64,000 nt of DNA from Candidatus Woesearchaeota archaeon (lineage in GTDB: Archaea; Nanobdellota; Nanobdellia; Pacearchaeales; GW2011-AR1), in contig CAZTFL010000001.1 in the NCBI GenBank assembly GCA_964612895.1, forward strand, positions 177,469 to 241,468, written 5' to 3'. Position numbers and translations under genes: made by a program. Positions 1 through 10,030 of the stretch are shown piece by piece. How positions within the stretch are numbered: the first letter of the stretch is position 1; every line of letters starts with the position of its first letter. The notes under the pieces are model-generated. The model saw only the letters and a program-made list of their open reading frames with translations, was not told the origin of the DNA and did no database searches.

Positions 1-18
1 AATAATTTGTTTACTATT

Positions 19-690
19 ATGAATAAAAGAGGTATGAATAGTCATGTTGAAATGATGTTGGCAAGTATAATTTTTATATTATTTTTCTTTTTTGTTATAA
101 CGTTTTTAGAACCATATAAAACAAATATTTTGACGACTACAATTAATGATGGAATTTTTTATAATTTTAAAAATTTGGTTAGTATAGATGTTCGTAAATT
201 TTTTTTAAGTTTTAATGATACTGTTTTTAGTGAATGTTTCTGTGTTCCTTTAGATATTAATGGAGATTATGGGAGTATAGTTACAGATATAAATGGAAAT
301 GTTATAACTTCAAATGTTAATACTGATAAACTAAATATATATTCTAACAATCCATACTATTATATTTATTTTTCGGAAAATTTTTCAAAAAGTATTCCAA
401 CAACTTGTTCTGAAACAACGCAATATAACATAGGTGGAATATTGGATTCAGAATTTTTTTTCTACGATAAGTTAAAAGAATTGGAAACTAAATATTATTC
501 AAATTACGAAGAAGTTAAAAAAAATTTAGGAATTCCACCTCAATTTAATTTTAATATAGAATCAAATATTGTGTCAATGAAAACGAATATTCCAAGTGAT
601 ATTCCGGTTATAGCAAAAGAATATAGGGAAAGTATAATATATAATAACGGAACAATAATAAATACAATATTTTTAATAAGAGTATGGTAA
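19..690 (+). CDS. Pilin-like protein with class III (prepilin) signal peptide
   Basis: N-terminus MNKRG|MNSHVEMMLASIIFILFFFFV: basic leader, Gly, then a hydrophobic helix. ORF track starts at TTG 7; ATG 19 preferred. Confidence 0.6.
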   Translation: MNKRGMNSHVEMMLASIIFILFFFFVITFLEPYKTNILTTTINDGIFYNFKNLVSIDVRKFFLSFNDTVFSECFCVPLDINGDYGSIVTDINGNVITSNVNTDKLNIYSNNPYYYIYFSENFSKSIPTTCSETTQYNIGGILDSEFFFYDKLKELETKYYSNYEEVKKNLGIPPQFNFNIESNIVSMKTNIPSDIPVIAKEYRESIIYNNGTIINTIFLIRVW

Positions 691-1097
691 AAAATAATAA
701 AGGTTGGCTTAGAATTTTGGAGGCTACAATTGCAATTACAATATTTTCGAGCGTTTTATTGATTATATATTCTCAACAAACAAATATTATTGATAATTCC
801 GAAACAATATCAATTTTACAAGATAAAATAATAAGTGAAATTTCAAATAATAATGAATTAAGAAATATGATACTATCAGATGATGAAATAGGAATTAATA
901 CACATTTTAGACAGGAGATTTCTTTAAATTATTATTTTAATATTAGAATTTGTAACTTAAGTGATCCAGTTGAACCTTGTAAAATGTATGATTATACAAA
1001 TTTATATGATAAAGAAATATTTGTCGAGAGTACAATTGTTTCAGGGAATTTAACTTATTATAATCCTAAATTGGTTAATATATTTATGTGGTTATAG
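684..1097 (+). CDS. Small pilin-like protein with class III signal peptide
   Basis: MVKNNKG|WLRILEATIAITIFSSVLLII; overlaps the upstream gene by 7 nt. Confidence 0.6.
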   Translation: MVKNNKGWLRILEATIAITIFSSVLLIIYSQQTNIIDNSETISILQDKIISEISNNNELRNMILSDDEIGINTHFRQEISLNYYFNIRICNLSDPVEPCKMYDYTNLYDKEIFVESTIVSGNLTYYNPKLVNIFMWL

Positions 1098-1130
1098 AAT
1101 CTTTAAAAACTCCAATTCCTTTATTTTTTT

Positions 1131-2441
1131 ATGCCATTTGATATTATTATTGGAAGAAATGAAGGTGATAAAAAAGATTTTGGGAATAGAGGACTTGCTT
1201 TTATAGGAAAAACATTTGTAACAATGGGAAATTATACTTCTTTATCTAATCCTATTTATTTAGATATAGCTCGAACTCATGTTCTTTTAATTGCAGGAAA
1301 AAGAGGTAGTGGAAAAAGTTATACAATAGGAACAATTGCAGAAGCATTATCAGATTTAGGGACAGAAGAATCTGGAAATATAGCATCGTTAATTTTTGAT
1401 ACAATGGGAATTTATTGGACTATGAAATATAAAAATGATAAAGATGTAAAACTCTTGAAAGAGTGGGGATTAGAATCTAAAAATTTACCTGTAAAAATAT
1501 TTGCTCCATTTGGTTATTTTAATGATTTTATAGATAAAGGAATTTTAGTTGATTCAGAATTTGCAATTAAGATATCAGAACTTGATGTTGCGGATTGGAT
1601 TAGTTTATTTGAATTAAAGTTTACAGATCCAGTATCAGTGGCTATAGAAGAAACAATCTCAAACTTAAAATCTAAAAAAGAGTCTTTTGGGTATAAGCAA
1701 ATATATGAAGAATTAAATTCTTTAAAGATAATTAGTCAGGATGTGAAGAATTCGGCGATGGCACTTTTTAGAGCATCTCAGAGTTGGAAAGTTTTTGATG
1801 AAAAAAAAGGAACAAGCATAAAAGAATTAATATCTGCAGGTCAAACAACAGTTATTGATTTATCGATGTATGCCTCTTTAGGAAATTTTAATATTAGGGC
1901 ATTAATTATTTCATTAGTTTCAAAAAAAATTTTTAATGAAAGAATGTTGTCTAGAAAATTTGAAGAAATTCAATCAGTTCAACACGGAGAAAACTATACA
2001 ATGTTTAATACAGTAAAAGAAATGCCATTAGTTTGGATTTTTATTGACGAAGCTCACGAATTTTTGCCTAAAGATTATAAAACTCCAGCGTCGGATGCAT
2101 TAATTCAAATATTAAGAGAAGGTCGACAACCAGGAATTAGTTTGGTAATAGCAACTCAGCAACCAGGGAAAATTCATACAGATGCAATTACTCAATCGGA
2201 TATTGTACTTTCTCATAGAGTTACTGCTGCTTTAGATGTTCAAGCGTTAAATGATATAACTCAATCTTATTTATATTCTGCAATATCTAATAAAATGAAT
2301 AATTTACCAAGAGTTAAAGGTTCTGCAATAATATTAGATGATAATTCGGAAAGAATTTATTCAATGCGAATTCGTCCTCGTTTTACATGGCATGGAGGAG
2401 AATCACCAACTGCTATAAGAAAACAAGAAATTATTGAATAA
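1131..2441 (+). CDS. HerA/FtsK/VirB4-superfamily P-loop ATPase (DUF87-type)
   Basis: THVLLIAGKRGSGKS Walker A, WIFIDEAH Walker B, REGRQPG arginine finger, IATQQP. Confidence 0.85.
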   Translation: MPFDIIIGRNEGDKKDFGNRGLAFIGKTFVTMGNYTSLSNPIYLDIARTHVLLIAGKRGSGKSYTIGTIAEALSDLGTEESGNIASLIFDTMGIYWTMKYKNDKDVKLLKEWGLESKNLPVKIFAPFGYFNDFIDKGILVDSEFAIKISELDVADWISLFELKFTDPVSVAIEETISNLKSKKESFGYKQIYEELNSLKIISQDVKNSAMALFRASQSWKVFDEKKGTSIKELISAGQTTVIDLSMYASLGNFNIRALIISLVSKKIFNERMLSRKFEEIQSVQHGENYTMFNTVKEMPLVWIFIDEAHEFLPKDYKTPASDALIQILREGRQPGISLVIATQQPGKIHTDAITQSDIVLSHRVTAALDVQALNDITQSYLYSAISNKMNNLPRVKGSAIILDDNSERIYSMRIRPRFTWHGGESPTAIRKQEIIE

Positions 2442-2481
2442 TAAACGAATAGTTTTTAAAATAGATTTTCTATTTAGTTTT

Positions 2482-4260
2482 ATGGGAATAACAAGAAAAG
2501 ATTTAATAAAAAAATACATAGATTTTTTCAAAAGTAAAAATCATCAAGAAATAAAAAATTCTTCACTAATACCTGAAAATGATCCAACGGTATTATTTAC
2601 GACTGCTGGAATGCATCCACTTGTTCCATTTTTATTAGGAGAAAAACATCCACAAGGAAAAAGATTAGTAAATGTACAAAGGTGTATAAGGACTGGAGAT
2701 ATAGATTCCGTAGGAGATAGTATTCATCATACTATGTTCGAAATGCTTGGTAATTGGTCTCTTGGAGATTATTTTAAAAGTGAATCTATTGAATTTAGTT
2801 TTGAATTTCTAACAAAAGTTCTTAATATTCCAGTAGAAAAACTTGGAATTAGTATTTTTAATGGTGATTTAAATATTCCAAAAGATATTGATGCTGCAAA
2901 AAAATGGGAAAATTTGGGTATACCAAAAGAGAGGATTGCTTTTTTACCTAAAGAAGATAATTGGTGGGGACCAGCTGGAGAAACAGGCCCTTGTGGTCCA
3001 GATACAGAAATATTTTATTGGAAAGAAAATTCTACTGATGTTCCAAAAAAGTTTTTTGATTTAAAAGATATTAGTGGTTGGGTTGAAATTTGGAATAATG
3101 TATTTATGGAATATTATAAGAATAAAACTGGAGAATATATCCTTTCTGAAAATAAAAATGTAGATACTGGTATGGGCGTTGAAAGAACTGTTGCTGTTCT
3201 TAATGGATTTGATGATAATTATAAAGCAGATATGTGGAGACCAATAATAGAAAAAATAGAGGAGATTTCTGGAATAAAATATGAAGAAAGAAAAAAAGAA
3301 ATGAGAATTATTGCGGATCATATTAAAGCTTCAGTTTTTATAATATCTGATGGTATACTTCCTTCAAATACAGAACAAGGATATGTTTTAAGAAGGTTAA
3401 TAAGAAGAGCAATTAGAAATATTAGATTATTAAATGAAAATATATTAAATAAAAAAGTTCTCATAGAAATAGCAAAAGTGATTTTTGAAATATATGATGA
3501 TTATGATATTTTAATTAAGAATAAAGAAAAAATTTTAAACGAAATAAATTTAGAAGAAGAACGATTTTTAAAAACATTAGAAAACGGTCTTAAAGAATTT
3601 GAGAAAATATCTTCTGATAAAGAAATTTCTTGTAAAGATGGTTTTTTGTTATATCAAAGTTATGGATTCCCATTAGAAATGATTATGGAAATGGCGAAAG
3701 AAAAGGGAATAAATGTAGATATTGAAGGTTTTTTTAAAGAATGTGATATTCATAAAGAACTTTCAAGAACTTCTTCTTCGGGAAAATTTAAATCGGGGCT
3801 TGCTGATAATAGTGAACAAACAAAAAAATTGCATACAGCAACTCATTTATTAAATGAAGCATTAAGGATAGTATTAAACGATTCAAATATTTATCAAAAG
3901 GGTTCTAATATTACGGCAGATAGATTAAGATTTGACTTTAATTTTAATAGAAAGTTAACCGATAAGGAAATAGAAGATGTGGAAAATTTAGTTAATTTAA
4001 AAATAGAATCTCAACTTCCGATTCGTTGTGATATTATGCAACTTAAAAAAGCAAAAGAATATGGAGCTCAAGGTGTTTTTGATTCAAAATACGATAATGA
4101 AGTAAAGGTATACTCAATGGGAAGTATTGGCGAAGAATTTAGTAAAGAAATTTGTGCGGGACCACATGTAGATAATACAATTGAATTAGGACATTTTAAA
4201 ATAATCAAAGAAGAAAGTTCTTCACTTGGAATTAGAAGAATAAAAGCAATATTGCAATAA
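2482..4260 (+). CDS. alaS: Alanine--tRNA ligase (short form, no C-Ala domain)
   Basis: DPTVLFTTAGM, FEMLGNWS, DTGMGVER, editing motifs HTATHLL and EICAGPH. ATG 2482 preferred over the ORF-track start at 2434. Confidence 0.95.
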   Translation: MGITRKDLIKKYIDFFKSKNHQEIKNSSLIPENDPTVLFTTAGMHPLVPFLLGEKHPQGKRLVNVQRCIRTGDIDSVGDSIHHTMFEMLGNWSLGDYFKSESIEFSFEFLTKVLNIPVEKLGISIFNGDLNIPKDIDAAKKWENLGIPKERIAFLPKEDNWWGPAGETGPCGPDTEIFYWKENSTDVPKKFFDLKDISGWVEIWNNVFMEYYKNKTGEYILSENKNVDTGMGVERTVAVLNGFDDNYKADMWRPIIEKIEEISGIKYEERKKEMRIIADHIKASVFIISDGILPSNTEQGYVLRRLIRRAIRNIRLLNENILNKKVLIEIAKVIFEIYDDYDILIKNKEKILNEINLEEERFLKTLENGLKEFEKISSDKEISCKDGFLLYQSYGFPLEMIMEMAKEKGINVDIEGFFKECDIHKELSRTSSSGKFKSGLADNSEQTKKLHTATHLLNEALRIVLNDSNIYQKGSNITADRLRFDFNFNRKLTDKEIEDVENLVNLKIESQLPIRCDIMQLKKAKEYGAQGVFDSKYDNEVKVYSMGSIGEEFSKEICAGPHVDNTIELGHFKIIKEESSSLGIRRIKAILQ

Positions 4261-4319
4261 TTTACTAATTAGTAGTAACAATTCGTAATGTTTAAATACT
4301 ATTAATACTTCTATGAATT

Positions 4320-5039
4320 ATGAAAAAAAGAAGTAAAATTACTAATGTATTAGGCTCTTTTATGAATGGAATATATATTGGACTTGTAACTGGTAGTATA
4401 GCTTTATCAATAATTTCACCTTATGTTAATAAAATGTCTCAAAAAACAGTTTTTGAGGATAAAAAAGAAGTCATTAATTCAAATGATATTCAATATAATA
4501 CAAATAATTTAGAATCTATTGTAGGTCAAACTTTCTTGGAACAAAATACAAATAATTTATCTTATGATTATTCAAAAATAGATTTCTCAAAAAGTTATAA
4601 AACTGAAAATTTTGAAGATGATAGTGATGAAGTTATGTTGGCTAGATTGATATTTGGAGAATCTCGTGGACAATCAGAATACGAAAAAGCTGCAGTTGCG
4701 TATACTGCAATAAATAGAGCAAATGATGGTAAATTATATAATGGAGAAACTATAAAAGAAGTTGCATTAGCTAAAAAACAATTCTCTGCTTTTAATCAAG
4801 ATGATGTTAATTTTAAAAAAGTAAAAAATCCGCAACAATATGAAAAAGAATCCTGGGATAATTGTTTAAAAGTAGCTTACGATGTTTTACATACAGATAA
4901 ATATTCAAATTTGAATCAAGGTCAAACAAATTATTTTAATCCAAATTTAGCTAATCCAAGTTGGAAAGATAAAATGAAATCAGTTAATTTTGATAATATA
5001 GGATTTTCTTTTAGTCAAGATTTTTATATAGAAAAATAA
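4320..5039 (+). CDS. Membrane-anchored/secreted SleB-like cell wall hydrolase (Hydrolase_2, lytic transglycosylase fold)
   Basis: N-terminal TM helix; LARLIFGESRG (catalytic Glu), AVAYTAINR, QFSAFN, YFNP..ANPSW. Confidence 0.85.
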   Translation: MKKRSKITNVLGSFMNGIYIGLVTGSIALSIISPYVNKMSQKTVFEDKKEVINSNDIQYNTNNLESIVGQTFLEQNTNNLSYDYSKIDFSKSYKTENFEDDSDEVMLARLIFGESRGQSEYEKAAVAYTAINRANDGKLYNGETIKEVALAKKQFSAFNQDDVNFKKVKNPQQYEKESWDNCLKVAYDVLHTDKYSNLNQGQTNYFNPNLANPSWKDKMKSVNFDNIGFSFSQDFYIEK

Positions 5040-5063
5040 TAATTATAAAATAAAAATCAAATG

Positions 5064-6593
5064 TTATTCATTATAAATCATATTCCAGAACTTCATTTCT
5101 CTTAACTTTGTGATATCGTTTTTATACATGTCTCTTAAATCATTTATATTGAAAAATTGTGTAATAATTCTATCAAAACCTGGTCCCCAAGCTAAAACTG
5201 GAATATGTTTCCCAAAAATAGGAATTGTAACTTCTGGTCTAAACATTCCAGCTCCGCCCAACTCCATCCATTTTTTATGAACAGGATGAAAAACGTCAAT
5301 TTCTAAACTTGGTTCTGTATAAGGGAAATATGCAGGTCTTATTCTAATATTATCATATCCCATTTTTTTAAAAAATTGTATTAAATATCCCAGTAATTGT
5401 CTAAAATTAGCATTTTCATCTACTACAATTCCTTCTGTTTGATTAAACTCAAATCCATGAGACCAATCAACAGTTTCATTTCTGAAACATTTTCCTAAAG
5501 CGAAATATTTAGCTGGAAATTCCTTCGTTTTAGCTATTTTATGTAATGTTTGTACTGACCAAGGAGTTGTATGAGTTCTTAATAAAACTTTTTTTGCGTC
5601 CTCTTCATTCCATTTTGTACACCAACCTTTTGTTCCCCAACAATTTCCTTCGTGTGCTTTTTTTACTTCATTTACAATATTTTTATCTGGTAATTTTCCT
5701 TCCATATTTTTTATAAAAAATGTATCTTGCATTTCTCTTACTGGATGATCTTGTGCTGTAAAAAGGGCGTCAAAATTATAGAATCCTGTTATTATCATAT
5801 TTCCTGTCATTTCTTTAAATCCCATATCAAGCCAAATTTTTTTTGCATAGTCTGTTGCTTGATTAACGAAATGTCTTTTTCCTCCATAAACTTTAGGGAC
5901 CGCAGTTGTTAAATCATATCGTCTGAACTTTTTTGATGTCCAAACATTTGATTTTAATAATTTAGGTGTTAATTGTTCTAGTAAATCATTTTTTAGATTA
6001 AGAGAAGATATTTTTTCCCCCAGAGGAGTAAGTTTTACAAATATTTCTTTTTTATCTTTTATTTCTATAATATTCTTTCTGTTTGTTAAATTTTTTAGAG
6101 CGTCTTTCTCCTCGCTATTTAATAAATTTAATTCTTTGGGTAAATTTTCAATTAATATTTCTTCAATGGATTTATTTGTTATACTTCCTGGTTGTGCTGA
6201 TAAGGATAAAATACCATTTTTTATATTAATCAATCCTTTTTGTTTAAGTGTTCCAAGAGATACTTTTGCTTCATTTTCACTTAATTTTATCAAAGAACGA
6301 ATATCTTTTATTGCAATTTCTTTATTTTCAATTATATAATTTAGTAATTTTCTTTCGGGTAATCCAGTTTTTAGATATTGAATTCCAAATGTTCCTAAAT
6401 CTACAATTTTTAATTCCTTTTCACTTTTTTCAATTAAATTTTTATTTAAAAGAAATCCTACACTTCTTAATATTGTCGTTTTATCAAAATCTTCACTAAT
6501 AATTTTATCAATATCAGTATCTTTTGAAGACAATAAAGGCAATAATTTTCTTTCGATAGGAGATAATGATTCAATTATTTCTTTTTCTTCCAT
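5064..6593 (-). CDS. pheS: Phenylalanine--tRNA ligase alpha subunit (archaeal type)
   Basis: FDALFTAQDHPVREMQDTF, LLRTHTT, FRNETVD, YFPYTEPS, ELGGAGMFRPE; long winged-helix N-terminus. Confidence 0.96.
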   Translation of the reverse strand: MEEKEIIESLSPIERKLLPLLSSKDTDIDKIISEDFDKTTILRSVGFLLNKNLIEKSEKELKIVDLGTFGIQYLKTGLPERKLLNYIIENKEIAIKDIRSLIKLSENEAKVSLGTLKQKGLINIKNGILSLSAQPGSITNKSIEEILIENLPKELNLLNSEEKDALKNLTNRKNIIEIKDKKEIFVKLTPLGEKISSLNLKNDLLEQLTPKLLKSNVWTSKKFRRYDLTTAVPKVYGGKRHFVNQATDYAKKIWLDMGFKEMTGNMIITGFYNFDALFTAQDHPVREMQDTFFIKNMEGKLPDKNIVNEVKKAHEGNCWGTKGWCTKWNEEDAKKVLLRTHTTPWSVQTLHKIAKTKEFPAKYFALGKCFRNETVDWSHGFEFNQTEGIVVDENANFRQLLGYLIQFFKKMGYDNIRIRPAYFPYTEPSLEIDVFHPVHKKWMELGGAGMFRPEVTIPIFGKHIPVLAWGPGFDRIITQFFNINDLRDMYKNDITKLREMKFWNMIYNE

Positions 6594-6667
6594 GTTCTTT
6601 TTATTATATCTATCTTTTTAAGTTTTAGTAAGGAAAAGATTATAAATATTATTAATTTAATTTTTTC

Positions 6668-6982
6668 ATGAAAAAGGTGATTGGATATGCCTGTGCGGGA
6701 GTTGGATTTGGTTTGATTTTACTTGGTATGAATTTTATTAATTATAATATTTCTTTTTTAGGAGAACTTCCTAAATATTTTTTAACTATAATAGGAATTA
6801 TTTTTATTATTTTTTCATTATTGTTTTTGAAAGAAAACTCTTTAAATTCAAAATCTACAAATAGAAAATCTAATGAGAAACATCCGATAGATTTGCCAAT
6901 ATATCAAGGAGATTCTATTGTTGGATATAGGAGAGATTTAGATATAAAAGGAAATTCAAAAAACAAAAGAGGTAAAAGATAA
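6668..6982 (+). CDS. Small 2-TM membrane protein
   Basis: Two hydrophobic helices followed by an LPIYQGDSIVGYRR tail. Confidence 0.65.
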   Translation: MKKVIGYACAGVGFGLILLGMNFINYNISFLGELPKYFLTIIGIIFIIFSLLFLKENSLNSKSTNRKSNEKHPIDLPIYQGDSIVGYRRDLDIKGNSKNKRGKR

Positions 6983-7575
6983 TGGAATCTTATACATCAT
7001 TTCCATCATTTAGTAATTTTTTAACTAATTTACAGAGTGGATGGATGACTTTCTTTGTGGTTTTTGCTATTAGTTTTTCATTTATTTATATGGGTTTAGC
7101 AAAATTTTTCACAAAAGGAGGAGAAAATGTGTTAAAACCTATGGAAGGTGGAAAATATTTAAAACAAACTAAAACAAAAACATATGTAGAAAATAAAAAT
7201 TTCATTATACTAATATCTGCAGGAATAGCTTTTTTGATTGCGTCGAGTGCTATACAAACTGGATTTTTTCTTGTAATGAATAATTCTTATGGGTTTGTGT
7301 TAAGTGCAGGAATTATTTTAGCGATTTATACAATTTTACTTATTCCAATATACAAATTTATAGACAAAAATATTGGTAACAGAATTTTTACAAATATTAT
7401 TGTATTTGGATTATTCTGGGTTTCATCTCTTTTAATGTTTATAACAGCAAATAAATCAGAGGGAATACCAGTTGCTTGGATGTTAGTATTAAAAATAATA
7501 GTCGGAGAATTTATTTTTGTTTTAGGAATTATATTAGCAATAATTTTAGGAGTTTTGTTTAAGAAAACTAAATAA
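6982..7575 (+). CDS. Multi-pass membrane protein (about 5 TM)
   Basis: Hydrophobic helices; 1-nt overlap (TAATG) with the upstream gene; AGAGGT SD-like sequence upstream. Confidence 0.7.
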   Translation: MESYTSFPSFSNFLTNLQSGWMTFFVVFAISFSFIYMGLAKFFTKGGENVLKPMEGGKYLKQTKTKTYVENKNFIILISAGIAFLIASSAIQTGFFLVMNNSYGFVLSAGIILAIYTILLIPIYKFIDKNIGNRIFTNIIVFGLFWVSSLLMFITANKSEGIPVAWMLVLKIIVGEFIFVLGIILAIILGVLFKKTK

Positions 7576-7748
7576 AATAATCTTTTTAAGATAGCAATTT
7601 TTATAAAGGAGTTAATGCTGTATTTTATATTATGGGAAAACATAATTTTCCTTTAAAAAATGAAAGGAGGTATAATAATATGAATAAAAAACAAATTTTA
7701 GTATTTTCTATTTTGAGTTTGTTTATCTTCAGTTTTATGCTTTCGTTT
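7572..7748 (+). repeat. Direct repeat copy 1 (177 bp): promoter, 5'UTR, SD and signal-peptide coding region
   Basis: Matches 8849..9025 (offset 1277) with 2 mismatches by eye. Confidence 0.95.
7600..7671 (+). promoter_or_regulatory. TATA box, 5' hairpin and Shine-Dalgarno of the 7680 gene
   Basis: TTTATAAA 7600-7607; GGAAAA-cataa-TTTTCC hairpin 7635-7651; AAAGGAGGT 7663-7671, 8 nt before ATG 7680. Confidence 0.6.
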
Positions 7749-8720
7749 ATATCAGCAGAGGAAAATACTCAGGGGACATCTGAATTTTCTGGAAAAGCAC
7801 TTGGACAACCTTGTAAATCTGGAATGTTTAATTATATTTTAGGAGATGGATGTGCAAAAAATTTATTTTGTAATACTTCTGTTTTTCTTAGTCCCGAAGA
7901 AATTGAAGGTGGATTTAATGGAAAATGTAATGTAAATGATGGTATTTTTGTCAATTTTGTAGAAAAATTCTTTTTAAATAATGGAAAACATAATTTATTA
8001 GATAGAATTTTAATATTTGCATTGGTATTTGCTGTTATTTATGGAATATTTGCTTCTGTTGAATTTTTTGGTAAATTTTCAACGATTGTAATTAGCTTAG
8101 TTATGTCGTTACTGGGAGTAAGATTTATTCCTGATAATTTTTTAATGTCTTTAATTGCTCCTACAAATGCATTAACAGCTTTAATATTATTTGGGCTTCC
8201 ATTTTTGGTTGTTTTTCTTATAACTACAAAAGAATATAATAGAGGAACTAAAGATAATCCTATTTCTATACAAATGAATAAAAATATTCAGAGAATAGTT
8301 TGGGGAGTATATCTTTTATTTTGTATTTGGATGTATATTACAAATTTAACCAAAGATTTATCGGTACAAATTGTTAATTGGATATCATTAATATTTTGCT
8401 TTATATCTTTGTTTATGATTTTATTTAGTCCTATAATTACAAAATATAGAAATGCTTTATCTAGAGATATGAGTGAAAGAATACAAAATGCTAGATTAAA
8501 AACATCAATGGAAAATGCACAAATTTTGAGAACTGGAAATTTCCAGGTTGCAATGTCTACCCTTGAAAAATTAGATAATAGTTTAAAAAAGGGTGACCAA
8601 GGGAGGGTTTTATATAATGAAATGCGTGGTTATAATAAAAAAGAAGCCGAAGATTTTTATAATAAATTTTTAGAAAATCTTGGAGTTAGTTATTATAAGA
8701 ATGGTCATAAAAAACAATAA
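7680..8720 (+). CDS. Signal peptide, 4-Cys module and multi-TM membrane protein (paralog A)
   Basis: MNKKQILVFS.. signal peptide; GKALGQPC..GDGC..LFC..GFNGKC; about 5 TM including SLLGVRFIP. Alternative start 7632. Confidence 0.8.
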   Translation: MNKKQILVFSILSLFIFSFMLSFISAEENTQGTSEFSGKALGQPCKSGMFNYILGDGCAKNLFCNTSVFLSPEEIEGGFNGKCNVNDGIFVNFVEKFFLNNGKHNLLDRILIFALVFAVIYGIFASVEFFGKFSTIVISLVMSLLGVRFIPDNFLMSLIAPTNALTALILFGLPFLVVFLITTKEYNRGTKDNPISIQMNKNIQRIVWGVYLLFCIWMYITNLTKDLSVQIVNWISLIFCFISLFMILFSPIITKYRNALSRDMSERIQNARLKTSMENAQILRTGNFQVAMSTLEKLDNSLKKGDQGRVLYNEMRGYNKKEAEDFYNKFLENLGVSYYKNGHKKQ

Positions 8721-8741
8721 ATTTTCAAAATATTTTTTTTT

Positions 8742-8776
8742 AAACTCATTTATTTTTTTGAGTTTTTTATTTTTTT
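8742..8776 (+). terminator. Hairpin plus T-tract terminator after paralog A
   Basis: AAACTCA-(T-rich loop)-TGAGTTT followed by a T-run; near-identical copy at 10031. Confidence 0.6.
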
Positions 8777-8848
8777 ATATTCTTAATTTTAATGTTGATA
8801 ACTGATTTATTTTATGATTCTTACATCTAATTATCTGCTATTAGTTTT

Positions 8849-9025
8849 ATAAAATAATCTTTTTAAGATAGCAATTTTTATAAAGGAGTTAATGCTGTAT
8901 TTTATATTATGGGAAAACATAATTTTCCTTTAAAAAATGAAAGGAGGTATAATAATATGAATAAAAAACAAATTTTAGTATTTTCTATTTTGAGTTTGTT
9001 TATCTTTAATTTTATGCTTTCGTTT
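8849..9025 (+). repeat. Direct repeat copy 2 (177 bp)
   Basis: Matches 7572..7748. Confidence 0.95.
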
Positions 9026-10024
9026 GTTGTTGCTGCTGACGTTGGTGGTGATGATAAGGTTCTTAGTCTTTCTGGTTCTTCTGCTATTAAAACAGGTAGT
9101 AATACTGTAAATATTTTTTCTTCTGGAAAAGCACTTGGTCAACCATGTAAAACTGGATTTTTATCAATATTTTTAGGAGATGGATGTGCAAAGGGTTTAT
9201 TTTGTAATTCTAGTAATACTCCTGAATCTGATGCTATAAAACTTGGATTTAATGGAAAGTGTAATAAAAGAACAGGATTTAATCTTGAGGATTTTAATGT
9301 TGATGGAATTCTTATAAGAGATTTAGAAAATAGTTCTATAGATAGGATTTTAATTTTTATTTTAGTTTTAGTTGTAATGTTTGGAGTATTAAATGTCTCT
9401 GGAATTTTCAAAACTAAAAAAAATGGAAAAGAATCTAATGGAGTCTTGATAAATCTTTTAATATCAGTTGCGGTAGGATTATTAGGAATGAGAGGATTAC
9501 CTGATGATTTTATATCTTCAATAGTTACTCCAGCAAGTGCCTTAATTGCATTAATAGTTGGTGGAATTCCTTTTATTCTTGTTAATGCTATGGCAAAAAA
9601 CATGATTAATAAGGATAACGATAAGATAAGTGAAGTAAGAATTGTGTGGATAGTTTATGCACTTCTTATGTTTGGATTATCTTTTTATAACTATTATCAA
9701 GCAAGAAATGTTGCAACAGTTTTACCTTTAATTCTATTCGGAGCAATAGGTATTTTTATGTTATTAACAATTGGATGGAGAGTTAGTCGTGCTAAATTGT
9801 CTGAAATGAAGATGTCTAATAGAAAACGTGACAAATCTAATCTTACTAGAACAATAGAAGATTTAGAAAATGAACTTGAGAGAAAAGAACGTAGATTAAG
9901 AAAACTAGAATTAGATAATAATACAGGCACACCAACAAAAGAAGAAACTGATTTAAGTGCAGAAATTACAGTAATTACTAGTAAAATTACTAAGTTTAAA
10001 AATGCTTTATCAAAAATACCTTAA
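8957..10024 (+). CDS. Signal peptide, 4-Cys module and multi-TM membrane protein with coiled-coil tail (paralog B)
   Basis: Same signal peptide and Cys module as paralog A; GLLGMRGLP; C-terminal heptad-like IEDLENELERKERRLRKLE. Alternative start 8909. Confidence 0.8.
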   Translation: MNKKQILVFSILSLFIFNFMLSFVVAADVGGDDKVLSLSGSSAIKTGSNTVNIFSSGKALGQPCKTGFLSIFLGDGCAKGLFCNSSNTPESDAIKLGFNGKCNKRTGFNLEDFNVDGILIRDLENSSIDRILIFILVLVVMFGVLNVSGIFKTKKNGKESNGVLINLLISVAVGLLGMRGLPDDFISSIVTPASALIALIVGGIPFILVNAMAKNMINKDNDKISEVRIVWIVYALLMFGLSFYNYYQARNVATVLPLILFGAIGIFMLLTIGWRVSRAKLSEMKMSNRKRDKSNLTRTIEDLENELERKERRLRKLELDNNTGTPTKEETDLSAEITVITSKITKFKNALSKIP

Positions 10025-10030
10025 TTTTTC

